Shown piece by piece: positions 12,158 to 25,331 of a DNA stretch of 64,000 nt (positions are counted from its first letter, which is position 1; the number at the start of each line of letters is the position of its first letter). This stretch comes from Neoechinorhynchus agilis. Lineage: Eukaryota; Animalia; Acanthocephala. Under the pieces are notes generated by a model. It did no database searches. It worked only from the letters and a program-made list of their open reading frames with translations, and was not told the origin of the DNA. The stretch spans positions 1,488,001 to 1,552,000 of the forward strand of contig CM121341.1 in NCBI GenBank assembly GCA_051530055.1, in the 5' to 3' direction. The translations under genes and the position numbers were made by a program.

Positions 12158-13200
12158 CAGGACGGATGCAGCGTTCCCGCCCGCCGGAATTCTGCCCTAT
12201 GATCGCCAGTGATTCGTCTCAATCTCTTAGACAATTGATTTGCCAGATCCTGCGCCGCGGTACCAAAAGACCCGAGCGTCTCGACGCCAACGAAATGATT
12301 TCGACTCAGGTCCCTGTATTTGCTATTTTTTTATCTTCAGCGGCGGGTGAAGGCATTTTCCTCTCCTCTCCACGGAAACACCGTGACGCCTCCACGGAAT
12401 TTCCATCCAAAGTGTAATTCTCGCCAAGAATGGATTTAACTACTTTGCGGCTTGTTTCATACGATGCCAAATAAGCTAGCAGAGAAATATCGGCTGCTTT
12501 TCGGATACTCAAACCGCCGGACGACACAGGCAAGGACGCTTGACGTCAGGCCTCGTCCGACAGCTGAGTATTTAAAGTTTTCTCGAGAGAGGCTTTCACC
12601 GTCTCGTCTAATTTTGCCAGCTTATCCTTATGTCTAAAAAAGGTGCTGTGCGCAGCTCAGCAGTTTTTAATGAAAAGGCTTGTTCTTGATGAGGAACAGA
12701 ACCTTTTTGGGAGAATAATTCATCAACTCGTTCGGTGGAAGATTGGCAATCTCTGCTTCGACATTATAACCAAAAATGCAGCTTTCTAGAATACTCAATC
12801 GGTTTAGAGTGATCAATTCAATCCCTGGGGCCAGGTGCTGAAAATCTTTCAGGATAGTTTGTCTGGACGCCTCATCTTCCACGTCAGCGTTCAATTTAAT
12901 GCCAAATTTTGCCGTCTCCTACACGAGTGTCTCCAAATCGTGCAGTACAACAGAGGGGTTATCTCCGAGCGCGGCATCGTCCAAGTACCAGCCGTTAAAG
13001 CTGGACTGGAGTGAGTGCGCGACGGGATTGACTGCAAGTAAGAATTCCATTGCGCCCAAAGGATCCCTTGTTGAACTCCGCTTTCTGACAACAAAACGTG
13101 GTTGTTGAGGGAGTTGGAGTCCGATTTGTAACTACTCTGAGCAAATCTGCTCGGTAAACTGTGTTGAATGCACTTTTGAAATAGCATTTCAAGACCACGC
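12158..13200 (-). mobile_element. Decayed, internally deleted CRE-clade (RLE-type) non-LTR retrotransposon
   Basis: Frameshifted motifs FKSAFNTV, SESGVQQG-DPLG, GWYLDD, LPVSSGGLSIR, and C-terminal LSKRLRRITGDHRAEF...NAASVL. Confidence 0.8.
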
Positions 13201-14783
13201 ATGGCTTTGAGTTTTCGGTGATGAGCGTGAAGAGTGAATGAACAATCGCCTCTGCGCCTCAGTCGTCTTTTAAACTTTTATTTCGTTTCCAAGCTCACGC
13301 GCAATTGATGCATACACGTTCGATTATTTTGCAAATTCACAAACATTATTTTCTGAACCACTTAGAGCATTGTAAAAAAAATATCACTTGAACTGTCGTA
13401 TTCACTCACGCTTCTCTAATTAATATGAATGTGAAGTTATGATATTTTGTTCATGATGCTTGTCTAAAGCGCATAAAAATGCGAGAAATGATTGAACTGT
13501 TCATATTGTTGTTCAGTGCGCTGTTCGGGGCGCTGAAACGAAGTGTTTTCAATGTATAAAACTTATTGAAGAAGGAGAAGTTGTTTTAGTGAACGATTCG
13601 ACACTCTTCTGCTTCCTTGTAGGTATTGTAATAAAAATGATTGAGGAAATAGATATTTTAAAAGTGGAGGGTCAAGTGTTTTGTGCTTCGAGTTTATGGA
13701 ACGGTAGAGTGTGAGCGATTAAATGATCCGCGCAGTATAGATAATTTGGATGCAAATAAAGTGAATTCTTAAGAATAAATATTGAGAGTAGTTGGGGTTC
13801 CCGGATAAAACAGGAATCATGACCACCACAATTCTATTATTTTGAAGGATTTTCTCTTGATGATAAGGGGAAAAGGGATCTTCACGTGGGACAACCAGTA
13901 ATCACGAAACAAGCGCCAATTACAATGTTCGGTATCGGGCCCAAGCAAAGTATTCATTCCGTTACTCATGCAGATTTTGGCCAATCGATACGTTATTCGT
14001 CTATTTGCACCCAGTCCTTACCCAGATTAATCAAATTGCACTTATACCAAAGTGAATCCTATTTATTAACTCATTTATATAAAACATGAAACTAGAAATT
14101 AATTGACAGGAGTTTAAATGTTTAGTTAAATATGTTTGTATCTAAACAATACTCTTCAAGCATCAGAAATAAAATTAATTAGTTTGTGAAATCAGGATAC
14201 GAAAACCCACAGCTAAATGTTTTTTGAATTACTCTTACAAAAATTATAGGTTCTAAACTTTATACTTTTAATAGAAACGCTTTTGCAGAATTACAGTGCG
14301 ATTTGTACTGGTCAAATTTACTTTTTAAGGTGATTAGATTTGCATTCTGCTCTCTCTGAATCAAAATAATCGTTTAGATGCCAACTATAAAGAATATTTG
14401 TTTCTACGATCTTAGTATAAAATTGTGAAAATAAAACCTTTTTTGTTGCCTATTGCGATCTAATGAGGGAAACAACCACAGGAATTTAGAACTTGGCCAA
14501 CATTATCGGCACGACCTCGGTCGATGGCGAAATTGGTCGTGATTGATTCAAAAAGTAGAATTAAATAGAATTCGTCATATTAAATAATATGCAGATCGGA
14601 CCAGTCCAAATCGAAGACGGATCATGGAAATGCGCCAGAAAAATTTGTTAGCAGTCGTAAAAAAGAGGGTAAATTCACTTTTTGATGTTAAAAATAAAAA
14701 GCCATTATGAAAAGGTTTCAATTGACCAAGAAAACTACGACTGCAGGCAGATAGTTTATTAAAGTACCTCAAATGCTTAGCCA

Positions 14784-16883
14784 TTATTTTGAAATCGGTT
14801 CTACTTTGTTGGGACTCATATTTGCGTGTAATTTGCGAGTACAAAGCATTATGAGAAATGCTGATTTAATAACAGCAATGAGAATCCCAACAATAGATAA
14901 AGCCCATGCCGTTATACGAAAATTTGCATTCCTATCAAGGACAGTGAGTGCTCTTTTGTGATCCGTGAGGATGCACATTTGGAAAGCTTCGCAAGCCGCG
15001 CCTTGTTGAGAACAAACGGAGCCTTTAGACAGCATAAATCCTTGACTGCAATTTAACAGCGACTTTTTGCAAAGTTCCATTGAATCTTTGAATTCAGCGG
15101 TGTCGACACATTGTCCATCTAAGATGCAATGGACATGACAAAGCTTAAGTCTCTCTTGGACCGTTGCGGAACGAATATCGACGGACTCAGGTAAACACGA
15201 TTTTAAACCAAAATGAGCACAAATTGAACCAATGCACTGACCGTTGAGGCACGTCGCTTCATCATCGTTGCACAATGTCCCATCAGAAAAATCGCGACTG
15301 GTTCGCTGTGAACATTTCGCCGATTTTCCATTACAATGTCCATTTAAGCGACATTCGTCGAATGAAATCTCACAAATTTCATTTCTACTTTTGAACTTAC
15401 AATTCGTGGAACAACACGAACCCATTGAAGGACTACATAGGGCATTTTTTCTTAATTTACATCTTAGTTTTACATAGGGATAGTCCGCTGGGTAGCAGCA
15501 TTTATCATTCTGTTGAACACATTCATCTTCGTAGCCACAATCACAATCTTCGCTGCTTTCGACGATTCGGTTTCCGCAAGTGGAATCAGACCAAGCGACT
15601 AGGCAGTTTGGCACTTCCAGCAAGACCCACTCAATAAAATCGGATATCGTCTCGGCGCTGCATTTTGAGAATTTGAAATTATTTGGGTACAAACCGCCAA
15701 AACTTGCTTCGTACATGAGATAGTTGCCATTTGGTTCACCGGGAGCACAGTCCGTATTTGGAATGTCATGAACGGCCCCAAGACTGTGCCCGATCTCATG
15801 GGCAAAAGTTAGCGTAAGCTCCAAGAGAGATATACCGATAATTTGTGGCTTTACCGCTCTGAATGTATTCTATCATTGAACGAACCGTAGTTGAAACATT
15901 CAGGACTTTAAAGAAATTAGACCAACATTTTTTGAAAGTCCACTAATTCGCGTGCCACATACTCCATGCCCACGTTCTTTATGGCCAAGAATTGACAATC
16001 CAAGTAACCGCTCTTCACTTTGACCTGTGAAACCATAGGCTAAACAATAATCGGAAAAATCTTGTCGGCTTAATTCGCGACGATAATCGTATAAGGTAGG
16101 AAACGTTTTGCATAAAAGCTTTCCAGGATCTAATCTAGTTGCTCTCTTAGAAACGTCTTCACAGTCCTTTGGTTCCATTATCTTTAGACGCTTTATTTGA
16201 AAATTAAAACCTGTTAAGATGCCTTTGCTTGTTTTAAACTCTACGCCCGAGTAGACTCGATTTAGTTCTTTAACCTGTAAGTCAATTAATGCGGTAATGT
16301 AATCGATCGTCGAATCGTGATTCTTGTTTCCGTACTGGTCGTAGAAGTACTTATAGAATTCTACATCAGTTCGGATAAAAAGGCTGCACGTTGAACGGTT
16401 TCCGGGAAATGGTATGCGTTTTAGAACGGCTCTTGGAAACCGAGATCGAGTTCGATTGTAGTTTTCAGTCAAACCGCACGTCCTTGTAGGACTCTGGACT
16501 TTAATTGAAGTTTGGTTATAGGCAATGGTTAGTTTGCTTTGAAGACCAACCACATTTGCCGGTTCAATGAATATACTAAATGTATCGTTCAAATGAAGTA
16601 TTCCTTCAAACTTTTCCGTTAATGGATTGACAAATCCATGCACTGCTGATTTTTCGTAGTTAAGGATTGTACCATTTTTTAAAATCTGGAACGCTCCAAC
16701 GTTTTGGGTTTCTGAGGTTAATAAAAAATGATTATTGCCGAATCTGAGATCTATTTGAATGCTGTTACTTTGGTAGGAAATATTTTGGTTGACTATATCG
16801 AAATTGTTGATCGTAATATCGTTTATTATTTCTTTGCTCCATTTGGCGAAAAATAAAAAAACAAAAACTGTTTGTGGGGACAT
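14784..16883 (-). CDS. ADAM10-like: ADAM10/Kuzbanian-like metalloprotease, paralog 3 (two exons)
   Basis: Same-frame ORFs 15900-16898 and 14784-15824. HEIGHSLGAVHD, YLMYE, disintegrin and TM helix present. A 57-nt interruption contains stops. Confidence 0.9.
15849..15910 (-). other. Candidate hairpin intron in ADAM paralog 3 (57 nt, TAAAG direct repeats)
   Basis: TAAAG repeats at 15906-15910 and 15849-15853; perfect 8-bp inverted repeat CTGAATGT/ACATTCAG. Removal gives NVGLI + 16 residues + TFAHE. A 48-nt GT-AG alternative exists (3 residues longer). Confidence 0.55.
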
Positions 16884-17649
16884 AATTTTTTCGTGCAACT
16901 TTCAATCGTGCAATTTTGTAACTTCATTGAGGTATCCATGGAGACAAATGCTGTATTTGATTTATAGTCGCTTGTTTTAAAGGAACTCGGTTATTGTTTC
17001 GGCCTTTATCTTTCACTTATTGCCTCATTTTTATATTATCCCGGTCATTTTATTAATAATCGTGGAAATCTCATTAACATTTATTTTCTAAACCCAAAAA
17101 GTAAAATGTTGAATTCTTCTAAGTGATTATTGAACTTTAATTGGGATTGTCGAAAGCAAATTACTTAGCCTTCGTATTAGATCGCTCATACCTCGCTTTA
17201 TGGTTTAGATACGTTCCACCAAATTTGGCCACAAAAGGAAAAAAGAGTACAGAGAATCAATTATTATGATACAGATTAATACAAATTCAATGGGATCGGT
17301 TCCAAAAAATTTAAAACATAGTTTATGTCCTCAATCCATATAATAAACAGTTTTTCATTTTTTTCCAATCCAGTTTCTTTGAAGTGTTAATCCTGAGACA
17401 TTTAAAAGTGAAGCAGGTTGCAAATATGTTATAATCTCTAATTTTCTCTCCACCTTCTATACGACTTAATGGTTTAGTTCGTGGGGTGCAGTCAAGGGAA
17501 TCAATTATTATTTTTCGAAAAATAATGATTTTCATTTTAGGGTGCCTTTTGTGGTGCCCTTGTACATTATCGAAAAATTACTAAAGAATTGTTGCTTAAG
17601 TTTTATTGCTAGCATCAGGGATACATCACCTTCGAGCGGTTTCGCCGAT

Positions 17650-17834
17650 AAGTCGAAAAGAGCGGTTGTATAGCGATGTCAGGGTGGATGGGTTCGATTC
17701 CACGATCGCCAATGATGCACAAGCAAAGGGAACGAAATACCTCGTTGAAGGGAAGAGGAAACTCATTGATGAGTCCCGCCACCCCCGGAGGAAGCTCTGA
17801 GAATCCGGAGGGATGCGTACAAACCCATAATCGT
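17650..17834 (+). mobile_element. SINE-like element copy 1 (B-box head + hammerhead-like core, diverged)
   Basis: GGTTCGATTCC at 17691-17701, followed ~30 nt later by GGGAACGAAA...GAGGAAACTCATTGATGAGTCCC, homologous to the 25.4- and 31.0-kb copies. Confidence 0.6.
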
Positions 17835-18493
17835 GTGCCTCAGAATCTAAGTGATTCAATCACTTCTCTGATGTAAGAGATCGGTGTGGCTTCATGCCAA
17901 AAAGCCGAGGAAGAGATGTAATAATCTGTATGTATTGATTTATTTAAATCGTCATAATAGAACTTCGTTTATTCTAATTAATTTCCAGCTAATATCTGTT
18001 ATCAGTAAAACTCATTTATTTTCAGAATGGACTATTATAAAGATGTTTCGAATCGATCAATATATTATGTGATATAAAGGAATTGAAAATTCGGTCTACA
18101 TTATTGCTAATTTTGGTATAGAAAATGCCTGATCAGAATAAAATATTAAGCACATAAAACAGTGCGGTTATATGTTTGTTTTTTTCTTCGAAAATCCTAG
18201 TAAAATACAAGTGCATTCCGAATCGATATTATCACTGTAAATGTACAAATGCCTTATCGCAAACCACGAAATCAAATGGCTCCATTTTTCAGTGACAGCA
18301 TGAAAAGTATCTAAAGGACCCCTTCCGAATTACGGAATCCGCTTTCAATCATTCCTATGTACTCAAATTATGTATACAATCTAATCAAAGGTGTTTTTAA
18401 ACTTGAAGCAAACATACAGATTTGATATGTATGTGTAAAGACGATTTCATTGATCACATTTTCGAGCACAGTCTACGACTAAATCGAGTTTAA

Positions 18494-19149
18494 ATGTCTG
18501 AATACTCAATGGCGCTTTTACTACTATTTATAATCGTTCCGATTGGTCAAAACGTTGGCAAAGGTAAGTTCTAAATTTGCTGAATTTTCATCTAATAAAA
18601 TGTATTAACTTTAGATGTCACATTTAGTAAAAGACAAGTACCCCCTCAAGGTAATAAGCCAAACACTACCGTGTAACCGATACTTAAATCTGTTATTTTA
18701 CAGGTCCAGTTGGCCATCCACATCCGCCTCCGCCACCAATACCACCGCCATTACCACCGCCAATGATTGATCCATTCTATTATTATATCATCAACATGTT
18801 CGTTCGGACAATGCTAACTTATATGTTATTTCAATTTGGAGGGCCACCGTTTCCATTCATTCCAGGAATCATACCGCCATTCTTTGGACCACCATTCCCG
18901 CCGCATCTAATGATGGGCGGAATGCCGCCTCCAATGATGGCCGGAATGCCTCCTCCAATGATGGGTGGAATGTTGCCAAGACCTCCAATGATGGGCGGAA
19001 TGCCTCCTCCAATGATGGGTGGAATGTTGCCAAGACCTCCAATGATGGGCGGAATGCCTCCTCCAATGATGGGTGGAATGTTACCGAGGCCTCCAATGAT
19101 GGGCGGAATGCGTCCACCCATGCCTGGACCAATGGGAATGCCATTTTAG
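18494..19149 (+). CDS. Secreted Pro/Met/Gly-rich repeat protein (three exons)
   Basis: Exons 18494-18563, 18615-18650 and 18704-19149, with GTAAGT..TTTAG (51 nt) and GTAATA..TACAG (53 nt) introns in matching phase. Hydrophobic signal peptide, KR-Q motif, and PPMMGGM(LPR)P repeats. Confidence 0.85.
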
Positions 19150-20119
19150 TTCGACATCAAGAAGTTTGCTTTAATCATGCCAATAAATAGTTTTATTGTG
19201 GACTACATGGCAAGTGCAAAATAATTCCTAGATATTCAGTTCAATTTAAACTTTCAAAAAGTTTTGGTGCCACTTCTATCTGCAAATCCAAGCCGGTTAT
19301 ATTGTTTTTTTAGGCGTACAGCCAAACCGATCTCTTACACCAGGGAAGTGATTGGATCACTTGATATCCTGAACCATACGATTATAATTTTGTACATTCC
19401 CGTCCGGATCCTCGGAGTTTCCTTAAACATGGATTCGGAGCTTTAGTTTACTAGACCACCTCAAAAACAATTATGGAATATACAAAGTCAACCAGTTTTA
19501 TCTTTTGCCACAGGTCAATTTCGTACGCCCTACTTCTAAGTTTTTCCCAGTTTATCAGATGAATGTTGGACTTTTCAAATCCTCCGTCATCTTCGCAGCT
19601 TTGCAGTGACGCATTTCCATCTCCATTGGTCGATTAATCAAAATCTTTAAGAATCGATCACGTCAAAATAATATTCTTAGTGCATATTAAGGGTCCTAAA
19701 GTTACATGAGCTCACGGAGTGAATGTTCTGCATAACTGTTAATTTCTTCTTTGAGGAATTCGTCAAATATTCAAAAGGATTCAACTATTTCGTCTCCTTT
19801 CTTGAAAATGCTTTAAATAAAGGCAATTAAGGCATATCACGCATGCAATCCTGATTTCCCCCGCCTACAATTCTCGCTTGCGCATCACATTCTCAACCCC
19901 CGCAAAACCTTTCTTGCTCGTGAAAAAACACGAAAAGTGCCCTATGCATAGAAAGACAAAAACCTTTCTCCAACCTCTCAAACTCCGAGCTCCTTGCTGC
20001 GCTGAACTCTATCAATGCGCAACTTTGTGACTCTCACTCGAATACAAATAAAACATCAACGCCTTATAAAAATCTACACCACCGTTCTCAGCTTCTACAG
20101 CTTCACCTCCCATGATTTC

Positions 20120-20740
20120 AAAGTATGATATCCTCATGCTTCTTCGGAAACTACCACCCAAATCATCCCAGATTTAACTGATCCACTTACCCTTACGATC
20201 AACCAAAGTTTCAAGACCGGAATCTTTCTTAATTGCCTTAAAACAGTTCGGGTAACTCTGCTCCAGAATGCTGGTTAACTTATATCCACCTCAAGTTCTC
20301 GACCCATCTCTATCTTACCTTCCTTCTCTAAAATCTTAAAGAGATGCTTTAAAGCACACCTTCTGCCAACCTTCAATCGAAAAATTTTATCCATTCAATT
20401 CGGTTTCCGGCCCAGTTTTTCTTGCAGGGACGCCCTTCTTTGCATCTACGGTTCTCTTCTTCATAACCTCGACGCACAAACTTTATTTATCTCTCGACTC
20501 GTCCAAATCGACATTTATAAAGCTTTTGATTCCTTCGATCACAATATTCTCCTTGATACATGCTCTAAATTTGGTCTTGCCGCCTGGCAAATCAAATGGT
20601 TGATATCTTTTCTAAACAATGCATTACAATTTATCGAAATAGAGAGCATCGCCTCCAACATCTTAGCAATCAGTAATTGAGTTCCCCAAGGGGCTGTTCT
20701 CTCCCCCATTCTTTTCAACATTTTCCTGAACGTTTCAAAA
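20120..20740 (+). mobile_element. Decayed LINE (CR1/L2/Jockey-group-like) reverse transcriptase fragment
   Basis: RPISILPSFSKI, QFGFRPSFS, DIYKAFDSFDH and VPQGAVLSPILFNIF, with stops and frameshifts. Confidence 0.8.
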
Positions 20741-21735
20741 GAGAACTGCGCTCCAATCTGCTCTCCGAACTCCTGCCCTTCTCCGAACTCCTGCCCTTAG
20801 AAGAACACCTTTCTCTAATCGTTCAAAAGTAATCAAAGCATCTTCATTCTCTTCCCCCTCAATTTCTACCACACATTTCTCCTTTTACTCACACTTTCAA
20901 CACTCGCGTCGCCCCAATATTTTCCATCCTTCAGTTCCTCGCACAAATCTTTACCTCAATTCTTTTTCCCCATTGCTCAATCCTCCAAATGCGAATCGAT
21001 TCGAAGGAAATAACGAAAAAAACTAACTACTTAACCGACCAAAATCAAATAAATCTCCCACAAACAAAAACCACCAATTCTAACTCCAGTGGACATCCTC
21101 CCGACCGGATATTAACATACGAACGGACCTTCCAACCCGACTGGATACTTCCACCCGACCCAACCCATAATCCTCTTCAAAATAAACAACCGCATTTGTT
21201 TGACAAATCAGAACTCGAGTTCTCGCGAGGACCCAGAAGGGGTGTAAATGATTTCATGCCTGAAAAAATATGATGTCTTATCAATTAAACGTGTTATTAT
21301 TACAATTAAAAATCTGATAAAAGGAGATGCGTCCAAAGACCTGGATTGTTGTAGCTACACGAACAAAGCTAAATCATTAAGCTTCATAGTGAAGAAACGA
21401 AATGAACATGACAGCAAAGGCGTGGTGTGTATAAACCATTCTGTAAATCATATCGATAAAACATAGGAATGACAATAATCAAAAACCTTTTTAGATGATT
21501 GAGAAGGCGAGGTTTCCTCACAAAATATTTCAGAAGAATAAAATGATTTTTAACCGGGAGTATCAACCCAATAATTTATAATACTCAGGACTGATTAATA
21601 GGTCATCGGTGTCATTTAATCTCAGTCTCCTTTTGAGAGAAATTAAAAATTAAGATCTCTCTTGTAGTCCTCTCTCTTGTTGTCAGTCAACGACCTCTCT
21701 CGTGAACACTCTCTCTCGTGAACGTCCTCTAATCA

Positions 21736-22730
21736 ATGGACGATGAACGAGAATCGAACAAATATTCCACTCTTATTGATGTTGCACTAAAGAAATGCTT
21801 TGAACGAGTTGCTGAAACTCTAAAGGACTCATTAATTGAAGTGATGATCACAGTTAAGGATATATTAGCGGAGGCTATTCAGTGCGAAATCAGAGCTTTC
21901 AAAAGTGAACAGTTGATCGAAGTCAAAAAGTGCAAAGGGAAGAAAGCTAACGGTTCTAAAAGGCAGGCAAGAGTTTCAAATGTGAATTCTAAGAAACAGA
22001 CTAAAGGTTTACTGAAATCGGATAGTGAAGCGACCACAGAGGAGAATAGTGTTACTAGGGACTTGGTACCACCCTTAGAGGATACTCAGCCTGTAGTATT
22101 TATGATTCCAATATTACTGTGGAGGAGTATGATATTGTGACTGGGATAAAAGGTAACGACAGGAAAAACGAAATTTCCAAACGCAATCTTATTCCCGCGC
22201 CTCTCCCTCTCCCCATCCAACGCTCCTCTTCTCTCCGAATACTGGGCCTGATTTTACAAGAAAACCTTAAATGGGATGCCCACATTTCATTTACCCTCTC
22301 TAAAACAAACCCTCGTCTTTACCTTCTCAAACTCCTCCGGCGTCTCGGCGTATTCCCTAAACACCTTGCCCACTTTTATCTTTCTGCCATCCTTCCTATC
22401 CTTACAAACGCCTTCCCCACTTTCCTCGCCCTCTCCGTCAATGCTCTCCATTCCCTCAAAACCTTCCACAAGAGAGCATCGAGAATGTGCGGCACTTCAC
22501 TCCCTCCCCTCGACGCCCACCTCCACTCCATTTTCTCCAAAAGCGCCCTCCGTCTTCTTCAACCCCCTCCACACTTCGTAAACACTCGTAACCCCAAACT
22601 TTTTCACCCCCCCTCGCTCGTACCACCCTTTACCAAAAATCTTTCTTCCCTCAAGCCCAATCTTTCCTTAATAACCAGAGAACAAGGAAAGACTCCTAAT
22701 CGGTCATCTCCTGTACAAAGCCTCCGATAG
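21736..22730 (+). mobile_element. LINE fragment: ORF1-like start joined to RT C-terminal region
   Basis: LRILGLILQENLKWDAHI...YLLKLLRR is a typical LINE RT C-terminus. The ORF1 assignment of 21736-22140 is inference. Confidence 0.6.
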
Positions 22731-22749
22731 CACATTAACACCCCTTCAA

Positions 22750-24830
22750 AAACAAGTCCCACCTCCCTTGCCTTCAACATCCGTCATCCAGACACCTTCA
22801 ACAAAGATAGATGCTGGCAAGTGTGTGGATCGTGCATTTCTTACATATTTTAATAAAACGTGTTTATATCCAGCTGAAGTAATTACTAAGAGAGCTACGG
22901 TCGAACAAAAGGTCCAAGTAACAACTGAACGAGTGGAAACGAGAGCAAAAGGAAAAACTCCATCAAAATCAGTCAACCCTTCGATTCATTTCGGTAATCT
23001 TACGCCTTCTCCACCCCGGCCATCATCCCTCGTTGCTCTGAATTCGACCCATCGCACCATTCGCTCCTCCATCGAGGATAGTAATCGCACAATATTTATT
23101 TCTGGTATGCCAGAAGCCCTGTTGCAGGTCCTGTCGTCGCTGATGCACGCAACCGCCACCCAATCCTTCGAATCGGTCAACTCCTTTTCCCAGACATTCA
23201 CCCTACTATTCCTCCCTCATCACAGTTAAGCGCATTCCCTCCAAAAATCCCTTTAACCCGAGACCACGTCTCCTCAAAGTAACTTTTTTTCACCATTCGT
23301 AGCCCCCCCTCTTTCTTAACAGGAGATACAAACTCCTTCTCAACTTTCTTTTCGTATCTATTCACATAAGAGCTTATCACAAAATTTTTCAACCGGCCAT
23401 TTAAACTCAACCCAGAACTCATCTTCCCAATATAACCCGTCACTTTCAGCAAACACCCGAGAACATCGCCCCCATCCCAAAAAATCCAAGAATGAACGAC
23501 TTCCCAGTTTCTTTGATTACGTGCAACTCCACCGGCGCCCGAATAACCACAAAGGTCAATCTCCCAACCGTTCCACGTTAAATACTCTCTTTTCCCGAAT
23601 GAAGTAAATAATTATCCCGCTACCCCTACTCAAAATCTCCAACCGTAACTGATCCATGCAAAGGCCCAACCCTAAACTCATTTCTATCATTATCATTCAC
23701 TCATCCCAACTCAAATTTTCGAGACGCCCTCGGACTTCTCTCCTTGGGATAATCAATCGTTCTTTGCCGGCATCCCGTAACGATTCCTCCCTTAACCCAC
23801 CACCCGCAACGAACAATGCAGCCCCAATCTCCCTCACCTCCGCCCCTCCCGATTTCCCGAAATCCAAAATTTTCTTCCCCGCCGTTTTCTACTCCAATAC
23901 TCGTAGCCTCCTTCCTAAACTAAATGAAATTTCACTCATTTCATCCACCTCAAAAGCCGACGTAGTAATCGCAACAGAAACGTGGCCTACCCCCTTCAAC
24001 AGCGATTCAGACATCCTTATCGGGTACCCCCTCTTTCCATACATACCGCGATGACCGTCCAGGAGGGGGTTCTAAATTTACGTGCGGCAATGGCTACCTT
24101 ACTCTTTATCTCTCACAGGCTCTCTTCAATACTCCGATTTAGAATTCATCGCAGTCCATTTCATAGCTCCTCTGAGAAACGGCCTTAGAGAATTCACCAT
24201 TGCTGGCGTCTATCACCCTCCAGCCTCTCGTTCTCAGCCATCCTTGCTCCAAATTGACTCTAGGACGGAACTCATAAACTCCACAAATTCGCACCATTTC
24301 TTAATTGCAGGGGACTTCAATAATATATTTCTTCTTCTACCCTCCTCCGAGTTCGTCAACGTATTGACTTCCTAACTCGTCTTGATGCTCACATCATCAC
24401 ATCCAAAATTTAATAAAATTGTTCAACTCTAACATCCGCACATTCCACTCTGACAACACAAATGACCCTTCCTTGGCCATGTCCTCCCTAACCTCACACA
24501 CTTTTTATAGCTTTCTCTCACACACTTCTTATAGCTTTCTCTCATACTAGAGAGGTCGCTTTGCCAGCTTGTCCTCAAAAATCGAACTTCATCCGATCGT
24601 CTTAGGTCCTTCCTCAATCACAGAAAATTCCCTAGCTTCGGCAAGTCTTAAGAAATTCATAAGGATCTCCAACCGCGACCCTCCATGGATAACCCCTATT
24701 CTGAAACTTCTACAAAGGCAAGCATCTAAGTCCCGCCGCAATGACTCCCAAATGTCATCAACCACTGATTTGTCTGATGTGTCTCGAATCCAACGAGCCG
24801 CTCTAACTCTCCACTTAACATATTTGGAGT
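22750..24830 (+). mobile_element. Decayed LINE 5' half: ORF1-like region plus apurinic endonuclease
   Basis: FYSNTRSLLPK, VVIATETW, IAGVYHPP and LIAGDFN endonuclease motifs; C-rich sense strand; DPPWIT motif downstream. Confidence 0.75.
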
Positions 24831-25331
24831 AGGCGGGGATAAACACTTAATGATCCGCTGATGATCTGCTAAATGAAGATTATTGTTACATGCCCAGTAT
24901 TTCCGTGTCCAAATACGCTACGTGTTGCATATAAGTCAAAAATCATTCTGTAAATGTTTTCGCCAAAACCACTAGTGACGTCATAGGCATTCTTCCGCGC
25001 GTTAGTGTACTCCGCTTTCTCCTTGCACTCAAAGCAACTCCATCGTCTTCATCGTCCCCCCTTCATCGTTGCCGTTAATCTTCTCGGCAAACTCATCATC
25101 CATAAGCTATCGTTGTTATGAGGGAAAAGTGGAGGAAAAAGCGTCAGAGGCGGCTTAAACGGAAACGTCGAAAGATGCGTCAAAGATCAAAGTAAAAACG
25201 CTGCCGATGATTATTTGTGGTAGTAAACCGATTTCACGGTTCGTTGTGGTTCCGGGATTTTGGGTTCGCCGTAAGTGTTTGCTTTTTTATCCACTTTTGT
25301 ACACAAATTTCGGGTATAGAGCTTTTGATAG

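Noticed and set aside
13811-14089. Neuropeptide-like ORF with a GKR site
   Set aside because: No signal peptide or repeated peptide units; the motif is expected by chance.
10773-15477. Identical 77-aa ORFs at 10773-11006 and 15244-15477 as a separate duplicated gene
   Set aside because: They are antisense shadows of the homogenised ADAM disintegrin block.
18831-19144. Antisense ORFs over the Pro-rich gene
   Set aside because: Shadows of the low-complexity sense repeat; the splice signals and signal peptide are on the plus strand.
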